DNA of 25,159 nucleotides from a virus. Lineage: Duplodnaviria > Caudoviricetes. Positions 17,262 through 24,686 of the stretch are shown here, one piece after another. The position numbers were made by a program, and so were the translations under genes. The notes under the pieces were generated by a model. It was not told the DNA's origin. It did not search any database and was given only the letters and a program-made list of their open reading frames with translations. The stretch is taken from positions 1-25,159 of IMG/VR virus record IMGVR_UViG_3300028396_000042; one strand, 5' to 3'. Positions within the stretch are counted from its first letter, which is position 1. The number at the start of each line of letters is the position of its first letter.

Positions 17262-17708
17262 ATGGCAGATATTACAGTATCAACAACTATCGACACTTTT
17301 ATGCAGGCTGCAGATGCAGCGACTGCAAGAACAGCTCTAGGAGTAGCAGACGCACCTAGCGTTACTCCACAAGTTATATTAGCAAACGGAATTCAAATTC
17401 TTAGTTGGGATCATGCGCTAGGCTCTACCATTAAACATACTTTAACAGATGATGTATTTTCTATTGATGTAAGTAATGTTGTTGATGGTGATTCTGGTCT
17501 TATTATTCTAACACAAGATGGCAATGGTCCATGGACTTATCAAGGTACAGGCTTCTTTGGTGGTGTAAACGCGGGTCAAAGTATCTTAGCTGGTGATCTT
17601 GCTGAAGTAGCAACAGTGCTTATGAATGAAGTAATTACGCTTGGTTGGTTTTACGATGGGCAGGCTAATCAAATTTATTATTATGTTAGTGACATAGACA
17701 TCCTTTAA
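17262..17708 (+). CDS. putative virion fibre/decoration-type protein
   Basis: N-terminal AADAATARTALGV fibre-like motif; beta-rich C-terminus (G.IILTQDG.G); late promoter. Confidence 0.5.
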   Translation: MADITVSTTIDTFMQAADAATARTALGVADAPSVTPQVILANGIQILSWDHALGSTIKHTLTDDVFSIDVSNVVDGDSGLIILTQDGNGPWTYQGTGFFGGVNAGQSILAGDLAEVATVLMNEVITLGWFYDGQANQIYYYVSDIDIL

Positions 17709-17721
17709 ACTTTAATTTAAA

Positions 17722-18225
17722 ATGAAAACATATCAATTAATAAATCTTGACCCGCTAAAGCTTCAATACAAAAGCCTCGGTGGATTACCTTCTTCTTTAA
17801 CACGGGAATCTAACCCTCCGCAAACACCAGAGGGTTATAATTATGTAGAAAACCTACCTATTCCCGAAGAAGTACCAGCGGAGGGGTTTATTTGGACACG
17901 TGAGTTGACTACAGAGGCATATGGCTGGACACAAACAGAAGCTCCTGCTGAGTCTACTCCGGAATGGTATGAGCAGCCTGCATGGCGTGTTCGTGCTATA
18001 GCTGACATAACCCCGTATGGTGATGGGTTACTAATTGATGCTATACGTACTCTGGTTGATAGTATTGAAGACCCAGTACAAAAAGCTATTTCAAATGAAG
18101 TATTTTTCCATGGTAATACCCTCGAACGTGACTCTTCTCTTCTTGTAAGTATGGCTGCTGCTCTTGGGCTTGATGATGCGCAGCTAGATGATATATTTCA
18201 ACAAGCGGCTGCTATTGAAGTGTAG
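17722..18225 (+). CDS. hypothetical protein, fibre-associated chaperone-like
   Basis: C-terminus ERDSSLLVSMAAALGLDDAQLDDIFQQAA is typical of small genes downstream of phage fibre genes. Confidence 0.5.
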   Translation: MKTYQLINLDPLKLQYKSLGGLPSSLTRESNPPQTPEGYNYVENLPIPEEVPAEGFIWTRELTTEAYGWTQTEAPAESTPEWYEQPAWRVRAIADITPYGDGLLIDAIRTLVDSIEDPVQKAISNEVFFHGNTLERDSSLLVSMAAALGLDDAQLDDIFQQAAAIEV

Positions 18226-18271
18226 ATCAATATTTACAATAACATAAGTAAGATAAATAATATCTTACAGA

Positions 18272-18278
18272 CTAAATA
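18272..18278 (+). promoter_or_regulatory. late promoter box CTAAATA
   Basis: 5 nt before the ATG at 18284. Confidence 0.6.
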
Positions 18279-18283
18279 TATAC

Positions 18284-19447
18284 ATGGCTGATGTATGTAA
18301 GGATAATGCATGTGAAATAAAACCTCTTTCTGCTTTTTTATCTACAAATCTCAATAATAAAATTGAAACGTATGATAGATTAGGTGATAGAGTTAAAAGA
18401 GGTTTAGGTTACCCTCTTGTATCTCTAGAGATACACCCTAACCAGCTGCGTGAAAACATTCAAATAGCTGTAGAGTACTTTACAAAATATGCCGGATTTA
18501 CTAAGGAATATCTAATATTTGATTCAAATCTATATGAGAAAGATAAGGGTATTAGGTTAGACTTATTATATACACTCGCTAATTCTAATCTTGACACAGC
18601 AGCTAAAAAAGTTAAGGGTGAAAACCCTCTAGGACCGGGTGCTGAATTCTATGGTGATACACCAGAGACGGTATTTGTTGCAATAGATACTCTTGATAGC
18701 GATACATTTACAAACTCTACTACATTATCTGCGCAACTAAAAGATGGTATAGAGGATTTTGAGATTGTGGATAAGACTCTTTATGATAGTATTGTTTCAT
18801 TTAATCCATCCTTATCATCGTCATTTAAAGAAAATAAGAGAAAGACACTAACCCTTGAAGGAGAGGCTAATGACGCTACAACTTATCAAGTCATGTATGA
18901 CTACGATGTTATGGATTATAGAAAAGTAGTTGATGTTACTGATTTTGAGGAAGGTTCAAATACAGGTATTAACACTTTATTTACATTAGAGCAGACATTA
19001 GCCCAGCAAACGTATTTTTCTTATGCTATGGGTAATTATGGCTTCGATCTTGTATCTTGGTATACTATGAAAGAGTGGCTAGATACAAGAGAGAAGGTCT
19101 TATCACTTAAGAAGGATGTTAAGTTTGACCCACGTACACAATACATGAGGATGTACCCACAGCCTAAAAATAGATACTATGGTGTAGTTTCTTGTTTTGT
19201 TGAAAAGCCAATACGTGATGTTATTAAAGAGCAGTGGGTTTATGAATATGTTACTGCACTAACTATGATATCGATAGGTATGGTTAGAGGTAAGTTTCAA
19301 GGTGTAAGCTTAATTGGTGGGGGATCTCTAAATTATGAGTTGTTAAATGAGGGTTATCAGAGGAAGAAGGATCTAGAAGCTAAGCTACTAGAAGGTGCTT
19401 CACCAGGATTTGGAGATACAGATCCTGTTGATTTTATTGTTGGTTAA
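18284..19447 (+). CDS. neck protein (T4 gp13-like)
   Basis: R.LGYP.V..E....Q....I..A.EYF at the N-terminus; WV.EY..AL.....G..RGKF.G..L.GG..LN at the C-terminus. Confidence 0.82.
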   Translation: MADVCKDNACEIKPLSAFLSTNLNNKIETYDRLGDRVKRGLGYPLVSLEIHPNQLRENIQIAVEYFTKYAGFTKEYLIFDSNLYEKDKGIRLDLLYTLANSNLDTAAKKVKGENPLGPGAEFYGDTPETVFVAIDTLDSDTFTNSTTLSAQLKDGIEDFEIVDKTLYDSIVSFNPSLSSSFKENKRKTLTLEGEANDATTYQVMYDYDVMDYRKVVDVTDFEEGSNTGINTLFTLEQTLAQQTYFSYAMGNYGFDLVSWYTMKEWLDTREKVLSLKKDVKFDPRTQYMRMYPQPKNRYYGVVSCFVEKPIRDVIKEQWVYEYVTALTMISIGMVRGKFQGVSLIGGGSLNYELLNEGYQRKKDLEAKLLEGASPGFGDTDPVDFIVG

Positions 19448-19884
19448 TGGCTTCGAAGAGATATAGACAAGGTATATTTACACCTAAGTACCCAAAGAAG
19501 TTTATAGGTACAAAGGCTGTTTATAGGTCTGGACTCGAGCTTAAATTTTTTCGTTTTTGTGATGATAATAAAAATGTTATTAAGTGGTCAAGTGAAAATG
19601 TTGTAGTACCGTATGTGAGTCCTTTAGATGGTAGAGTGCATAGATACTTCGTAGATAATTTTATATCTATTAAGGAAGGTACAAATATTAAAAATTATCT
19701 GGTTGAGATAAAGCCGTACAGGCAAACAAAACCACCAACAACAAAATATAAAAAGAAACAGCATCTTATATACGAACAGAGGCAGTGGGCTGTTAATACT
19801 AGTAAGTGGGAGAGTGCAAGAAAGCTTTGTAAGAAGAAGGGTTGGGAGTTTTTAATAATAACAGAAAAAGATCTAAAGAACTAA
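19447..19884 (+). CDS. head completion nuclease (T4 gp4-like, TnsA-like PD-(D/E)xK)
   Basis: QG.F.P..P.K, YRS..E..F...CD....V..WSSE...VPY..P.D...HRYFVD, LVEIKP..QT..P, N..KW..A. Confidence 0.9.
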   Translation: MASKRYRQGIFTPKYPKKFIGTKAVYRSGLELKFFRFCDDNKNVIKWSSENVVVPYVSPLDGRVHRYFVDNFISIKEGTNIKNYLVEIKPYRQTKPPTTKYKKKQHLIYEQRQWAVNTSKWESARKLCKKKGWEFLIITEKDLKN

Positions 19885-19892
19885 AAGAAAAT

Positions 19893-19920
19893 TAGATTTA
19901 TTAGTAAAAAGACATAAATA
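19893..19920 (+). promoter_or_regulatory. late promoter box ATAAATA with upstream TAGATTTATT
   Basis: ATAAATA 19914-19920, 7 nt before ATG; TAGATT 16 nt upstream of TAAATA. Confidence 0.6.
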
Positions 19921-19927
19921 ATATTAT

Positions 19928-20593
19928 ATGGCGCTTAAACTTAACTTAATGTGTGAAAATCCCGACTCTGTAGAAGAGTTTGAGATTATTGAAGAGGAGT
20001 CTAATAAGAATGCACCTGCTAATTTATATATTAAAGGACCTTATATGATGGCAGAAGGTGTTAATAAAAATAACAGAATGTATCCTCTTGAAGAGCTCGA
20101 AAAAGAGGTTGAAAGATATAATGAGAATATGGTATTGCCTGGTAGAGCTATGGGTGAGCTTAATCACCCATCTTCAGCAGATGTTGATCTAGAGAGAGCA
20201 TGTCATATGATTACCGAGCTTTCACAAGATGGTAATGTTTTTTATGGTAAGTCAAAAGTACTAACTACACCTTGTGGTCAAATTGTTAGATCACTTATTA
20301 ATGATGGAGTTAAAGTTGGTATGTCTTCTAGGGCACTTGGTACATTAGAGGAGGGATCCACACATAACACTGTAAGAAATCTTAAGCTCGTTGCTGTTGA
20401 TTGCGTTGCTGACCCTTCTTACCCTAGTGCTTTTGTTAATGGTATTCTAGAATCAAAGCAATGGGTGCTGGCTGATGATGGTAAGTATGAAGAGATATAT
20501 GATAGATTCGAAGAGTCAATCTCAACACTTCCAAGAAAAGACGTAGATAAGTATCTTTTAGAAAGAATTATGTCGTTTATTGAGAAAATCTAA
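19928..20593 (+). CDS. prohead protease (T4 gp21)
   Basis: LYIKG.....E..N.N.R.Y, RA.GEL.HP, TP.G, G.SSRALG, D.VADPS...AFV.GI.E. Confidence 0.95.
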   Translation: MALKLNLMCENPDSVEEFEIIEEESNKNAPANLYIKGPYMMAEGVNKNNRMYPLEELEKEVERYNENMVLPGRAMGELNHPSSADVDLERACHMITELSQDGNVFYGKSKVLTTPCGQIVRSLINDGVKVGMSSRALGTLEEGSTHNTVRNLKLVAVDCVADPSYPSAFVNGILESKQWVLADDGKYEEIYDRFEESISTLPRKDVDKYLLERIMSFIEKI

Positions 20594-20600
20594 CTAAATA
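20594..20600 (+). promoter_or_regulatory. late promoter box CTAAATA
   Basis: 6 nt before the ATG at 20607. Confidence 0.6.
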
Positions 20601-20606
20601 TAACAT

Positions 20607-20774
20607 ATGTCAGAAGAGGTTAAACCATCAGAAAAAACGAAACAAGATATAAGTAAATTTATCTCCGCTGTTTCTGATAAAAATTATGCTGACGCGCATA
20701 AATATTTACAAGGCGCAGTTGAAGATAAAGTATTAACACGTATTAACAAAGCGACCGACAAACCACTTTTCTAA
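20607..20774 (+). CDS. small prohead core protein, gp67-like (55 aa; missing from the ORF track)
   Basis: MSEEVKPSEKTKQDISKFISAVSDKNYADAHKYLQGAVEDKVLTRINKATDKPLF*; I.A......A......A pattern as in gp67; own promoter box; ends 2 nt before gp22. Confidence 0.65.
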   Translation: MSEEVKPSEKTKQDISKFISAVSDKNYADAHKYLQGAVEDKVLTRINKATDKPLF

Positions 20775-20776
20775 TT

Positions 20777-21625
20777 ATGAGCAAGGACCAACTATTACCA
20801 GAAAGCGTTAAGGAAGTATTGACTGAAGAGTCAGTACAAACTATCGAAGAAGCAATTAAAGATAAAGTAACATTAGCGGTTGAAGCTGCTCTTACTTCCC
20901 AAGATGAGCTTTATTCAGAGAAGCTGCAAGAGCTTGTTCAAGCTATTGACAAAGATCATTCATCTAAACTTAAGCGTATTGTTGAAGCTGTTGATAAGAA
21001 CAACGCTGATAAGTTAGTTAAAGTTATTCAGAAGTATGAAGGTGAGTTGAGTGGTAGCGCTAAAGAGTTTAAAAATACTCTAGTTGAGTCAATTTCCGAC
21101 TATTTAGAAGAGTATGTTGATGAGGCTGTACCAGCTGCAGCAATTCTAGAAGCTACACAAAATAAAACAGCGATGGAAGTACTTACAAATCTTCGTAAGG
21201 TACTTGCTGTAGATTCAACACTCATGAGTGAGTCTGTCAAAGAGGCAGTAATGGATGGAAAGACACAAATCGATGAGCTTACTTCCAAGTTGGAGAAGGT
21301 TGAAAGAGAAAACGCTCTTATTAAAGAAGCCTATAATAAGACTAAAGCAGATCTACTACTTGAAGGTAGGACTGCTAAGCTACCAGCTAAGAAGGCTGAG
21401 TATATGCGTAAGGTACTAGGGGATAAGACACCTAAGTTTATTGAAGAAAACTTTGAATATACAGCAAGACTGTTTGATAAGAAAGAGACAGAAAGACTTG
21501 AAGTAATTAAAGAAGAAGCTTTTGTAAGTAGAAAAGTTAAAGCTGACGCACCTGTACAAAAGGTTGTAAAAGAAAGTAAAAAAGTTTCCAATCCGTATCT
21601 CGAAGAGTTGAATCGGATGAAGTAA
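20777..21625 (+). CDS. prohead core/scaffolding protein (T4 gp22-like)
   Basis: E/K-rich coiled coil, LVESISDYL, C-terminal ..PYLEEL; between protease and major capsid genes. Confidence 0.85.
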   Translation: MSKDQLLPESVKEVLTEESVQTIEEAIKDKVTLAVEAALTSQDELYSEKLQELVQAIDKDHSSKLKRIVEAVDKNNADKLVKVIQKYEGELSGSAKEFKNTLVESISDYLEEYVDEAVPAAAILEATQNKTAMEVLTNLRKVLAVDSTLMSESVKEAVMDGKTQIDELTSKLEKVERENALIKEAYNKTKADLLLEGRTAKLPAKKAEYMRKVLGDKTPKFIEENFEYTARLFDKKETERLEVIKEEAFVSRKVKADAPVQKVVKESKKVSNPYLEELNRMK

Positions 21626-21641
21626 TTTTCCCAGAACGATG

Positions 21642-21698
21642 AGGCATACGGTGCCTGAATTACCTGAGAGTATAGTTTACTATATATCTCATGAAGGT
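21642..21698 (+). promoter_or_regulatory. structured leader upstream of the major capsid gene
   Basis: Hairpin AGGCAT-acg-GTGCCT (21642-21656); bulged hairpin ACCT/TGAGA/TATAG...CTATA/TCTCA/AGGT (21662-21698). Confidence 0.5.
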
Positions 21699-21723
21699 CG
21701 AAAAAATAGAAAGAAACGAAATT

Positions 21724-23208
21724 TTGAATAAACCACAATCATTTATTGATAAAAACAGAGCCGACACTCTCCTTGAGAAGTGGGCTCCTGTTCTTGATTA
21801 TTCTTCTGACTCGGTTAAGACAATTGAAGACGATACTACTCGTCTTAATACTGCCATCCTCTTGGAAAACCAAGAGAAGTGGTGTATTGAAGAAGCCAAC
21901 ACTGCTGGTGCTGGTGGTGCTCTTGGTACTGGTGGAGACTACGGTCTTGCTGGTGGTTCCGTCGGAAACGGCGACAACTACGCCCAAGGTGACCAACGTC
22001 TTCCTAAAGTTCTTATCCCGATGATTCGTCGTACTTTCCCTGAACTCATTTCCAACGAAATCGTTGGTGTTCAGCCAATGTCAGGTCCTGTTGGACTTGC
22101 ATTTGCTCTCCGCTATTCATACAACTCCGATACTCTAAGTAACGGTGTTGACGGTAACTTCGGAGCTGGTACTCAATCCGGCACCAATCCTGCTCCTGCA
22201 GGTACTGGTCCTGGCGTAAATGGCGCAAATGCTGGTTACGATGGTACCGTTGCAAACGCAGAACTCGGTTATCAAATGCTTGATACCCGCTTTACTGGAA
22301 CCTCTGCTGCAAAGCTTTCCGGTGGCCAAGGTTGGTCGTTTGCTGAACAAGACGGTGGTGTTGCACAGATTCTCAAGAACTTTGAGATTACTGGTAACAT
22401 TCCACAAGTTGAAGTTAAGTTCGAGAAGACAGCCGTTGAAGCTGGTACCCGTCGTTTGGGTGCTCGTTGGTCTGTCGAACTTGAGCAAGACCTCAAGAAC
22501 ATGAACGGTATCGATGTCGATGCTGAGATCACGAATGCTATGTCATACGAGATCCAAGCTGAGATTGACCGTGAAATGCTCATGAGAATGATTCAATCTG
22601 CACTCAACGCCGGTACTGCTGGTTACTCCACATGGTCCCCAGCTTCTGCTGATGGCCGTTGGTTGGTTGAGCGTAACAGGGATTTTTACCAACGTCTTAT
22701 CATCGAAGCTAACCGTATTGCCGTACGTAACAGACGTGGCGCTGCTAACTTTATTGTTGCAACGCCTAAAGTTTGCGCCATCCTTGAGATGCTCCCTGAA
22801 TTCCAGTGGGTACCTGTACAGGGCGACGTAAGCACACAGCCTGTTGGTATTGCTAAGGTCGGTTCGCTTGGAGGAAGATTTAACGTTTACCGTGATACAC
22901 GTACTGAAGTTCAGAATACTAACGCTTATCCAGGTAGTGGCTACGCCGCTGCACAGGATGGTATTGAGTATGCACTCCTTGGTTACAAGGGACCTGAATT
23001 TTACGACACTGGTATCATCTACTGTCCGTACATTCCTGTCATGGTACAGAGAACTATTGGCCCGAACGATTTTGCTCCTCGCGTAGGATTGCTTACTCGT
23101 TATGGTGTTGTTGACAACATCTTCGGTGCTAACCTCTATTACCACGTCATTCTTATTACTGACCTTGGTAAAACGTTTACACCTGGTGATCATGCTACAT
23201 ACTTCTAG
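21724..23208 (+). CDS. major capsid protein (T4 gp23 homologue); start uncertain (TTG 21724 or ATG 21691)
   Basis: LLEKW.P.L, TAILLENQ, L...IRR..P.LI...I.GVQPM.GP.GL.FALR, EK..V.A..R.L.A.WS.EL.QDLK, EI.AEIDRE, G..YCPY.P, TRYG; strongly biased codon usage. Confidence 0.97.
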   Translation: MNKPQSFIDKNRADTLLEKWAPVLDYSSDSVKTIEDDTTRLNTAILLENQEKWCIEEANTAGAGGALGTGGDYGLAGGSVGNGDNYAQGDQRLPKVLIPMIRRTFPELISNEIVGVQPMSGPVGLAFALRYSYNSDTLSNGVDGNFGAGTQSGTNPAPAGTGPGVNGANAGYDGTVANAELGYQMLDTRFTGTSAAKLSGGQGWSFAEQDGGVAQILKNFEITGNIPQVEVKFEKTAVEAGTRRLGARWSVELEQDLKNMNGIDVDAEITNAMSYEIQAEIDREMLMRMIQSALNAGTAGYSTWSPASADGRWLVERNRDFYQRLIIEANRIAVRNRRGAANFIVATPKVCAILEMLPEFQWVPVQGDVSTQPVGIAKVGSLGGRFNVYRDTRTEVQNTNAYPGSGYAAAQDGIEYALLGYKGPEFYDTGIIYCPYIPVMVQRTIGPNDFAPRVGLLTRYGVVDNIFGANLYYHVILITDLGKTFTPGDHATYF

Positions 23209-23246
23209 TATTTAGCGTACGCCAAGTATAGGAACACAAATTATCC

Positions 23247-23286
23247 GAACCGAGGGGGCCGAAGACCCCTCGGTTCACTTATGTTT
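23247..23286 (+). terminator. intrinsic terminator after gp23
   Basis: 11-bp stem GAACCGAGGGG / CCCCTCGGTTC (23247-23276) followed by an imperfect T-rich tail. Confidence 0.8.
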
Positions 23287-23288
23287 AC

Positions 23289-23296
23289 TATAAATA
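23289..23296 (+). promoter_or_regulatory. T4 late promoter consensus TATAAATA
   Basis: Exact consensus, 8 nt before an in-frame ATG at 23305. Confidence 0.7.
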
Positions 23297-23304
23297 TTAT
23301 TGTT

Positions 23305-24435
23305 ATGCATAAACCTAAACTTCTCAACATATCAACTATACTAGCGTTTATCTTTATATTTGCAATGACAGGGTTGGATATAGTACTCTCGTATATGGGG
23401 TGGAAGCCTACTTTTGGCGATGATTTACTAGCAGGTATTATCGGGTTTCTACCATCTGTAGGTTCTGTATCACTCTCAATGTTAATAGGTGTTACACATT
23501 CATGGAGAGCGAAGATACTAGCAAGTATTATATGGCTATTTTGTATATCTATATCTCTATCTGGTAATTTCCTAAATATGACAGCACGTGCTTTCGAGTC
23601 TCTTGAACCTGAGAATATCGCGAAGGTAGAGGTTGTTAATGTAGAGAATACTAATGAGAAACAGATTAAGATATTTAAGGATGCAAATAAAGAGCAATTA
23701 GCGTTATATGATACTGAGATTGCTGATCTCATATCTCAATATGAAAAGGCTAGAGAGTCAAGAGACTATCAAATTAACGATGGTGTTAACCGTGATGGCT
23801 CTATGGGACCGAAGGCAAGAGCGTTTCAAGCAGCGATGGATCGTATATCAACAGATATTGAAAGTAAGCGTGAAAGTAAACGTAGGCTACAAGCAGAAGC
23901 TTCAGTAGCGTTACTAGAGTTTCAGAAAGAACAATTAAATACTTTATCAAAATCAAAAGTTGAATTAACTGAGACCCAGAACGATATGAGTGGTCATATG
24001 CCGGTAATACGTTACTTTATTCCTAATAGCGATACTCAACGACAAATAGTACTCTGGGGATTAGGTATCTTTGCTGCAGTGATTAGCCTTGCAGGACCTA
24101 TCGTCTCATATGCAATGGCTGTTCACCTCAACCATAAGATACAAACGCAAAAAAAAACTCTTAAAAGGTGTGAGAGCGATGTAAATAATTATATGAAAAA
24201 GAATTCTTGGGGATCGCGTTTGTTAAATATATTTAAAAGAAAACAGGTACTAGAAGATAATACAGTTGAGGCAGTACAAGAAGAAGTGCGAGAAGAAGTT
24301 AATACGCAGCAAGAGGAAAGTAGTGTAACTATAAACAAATCGATAGTTAGAGAGGTTGTGGATATAGAAGCAGAAGATAAAAAAGCTGCAGCAAAAAAGC
24401 GTAGAAGACGTCTCAAGAACGGAGGCTATAGATAA
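23305..24435 (+). CDS. membrane protein: 3 N-terminal TM segments, long coiled coil, a 4th TM segment, charged tail (DUF4407-like architecture)
   Basis: Hydrophobic stretches flank a coiled coil containing DGV.RDGSMGP; start reassigned from 23281 to 23305 from the promoter position. Confidence 0.7.
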   Translation: MHKPKLLNISTILAFIFIFAMTGLDIVLSYMGWKPTFGDDLLAGIIGFLPSVGSVSLSMLIGVTHSWRAKILASIIWLFCISISLSGNFLNMTARAFESLEPENIAKVEVVNVENTNEKQIKIFKDANKEQLALYDTEIADLISQYEKARESRDYQINDGVNRDGSMGPKARAFQAAMDRISTDIESKRESKRRLQAEASVALLEFQKEQLNTLSKSKVELTETQNDMSGHMPVIRYFIPNSDTQRQIVLWGLGIFAAVISLAGPIVSYAMAVHLNHKIQTQKKTLKRCESDVNNYMKKNSWGSRLLNIFKRKQVLEDNTVEAVQEEVREEVNTQQEESSVTINKSIVREVVDIEAEDKKAAAKKRRRRLKNGGYR

Positions 24436-24436
24436 T

Positions 24437-24475
24437 AAAAAAACCACAGGCATTATAATGCCTGTGGTTGCTTTT
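24437..24475. terminator. bidirectional intrinsic terminator
   Basis: Perfect 28-bp palindrome AACCACAGGCATTA|TAATGCCTGTGGTT (24442-24469), A-run on the left and TTTT on the right, between convergent genes. Confidence 0.85.
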
Positions 24476-24493
24476 ATATAATTTATACGTATA

Positions 24494-24673
24494 CTACTCA
24501 ACCGGTTCGGTAGACGTTGAGTCTTCTTCTTGTTGCTCTTGTAGTTGCTGACTAATCGCTTTAGAGAAGAATACTGCAGCCTCTGCTACATTAAGTCCAC
24601 CTGATTTAGTCGCAATGTCAATAAGACCTAGAAGTACATCGGCTTGATTTTCGTTAAGTTGTAATGTTACCAT
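24494..24673 (-). CDS. small hypothetical late protein (59 aa)
   Basis: MVTLQLNENQADVLLGLIDIATKSGGLNVAEAA...; start at 24673 supported by the ATAAATA box 5 nt upstream. Confidence 0.7.
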   Translation of the reverse strand: MVTLQLNENQADVLLGLIDIATKSGGLNVAEAAVFFSKAISQQLQEQQEEDSTSTEPVE

Positions 24674-24678
24674 ATCAG

Positions 24679-24685
24679 TATTTAT
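24679..24685 (-). promoter_or_regulatory. late promoter box ATAAATA
   Basis: ATAAATA-CTGAT-ATG on the minus strand. Confidence 0.6.
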
Positions 24686-24686
24686 T

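Noticed and set aside
19447-19884. TnsA-like nuclease as a sign of a Tn7-like element or homing endonuclease
   Set aside because: Motifs and context fit the T4 gp4 head-completion protein; no other transposon genes or ends
21636-21660. Hammerhead-like or C/D-box-like GATGA-stem-TGAA
   Set aside because: Lacks the exact CUGANGA and GAAA cores and stems I/III; K-turn pairing fails beyond the first pairs; kept only as a generic structured leader
21331-23193. Many overlapping alternative-frame and antisense ORFs in gp22/gp23
   Set aside because: Explained by the strong codon bias of the capsid gene; no motifs or start signals
23241-24501. Antisense and alternative-frame ORFs over the membrane protein gene
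   Set aside because: Shadow ORFs crossing terminator hairpins
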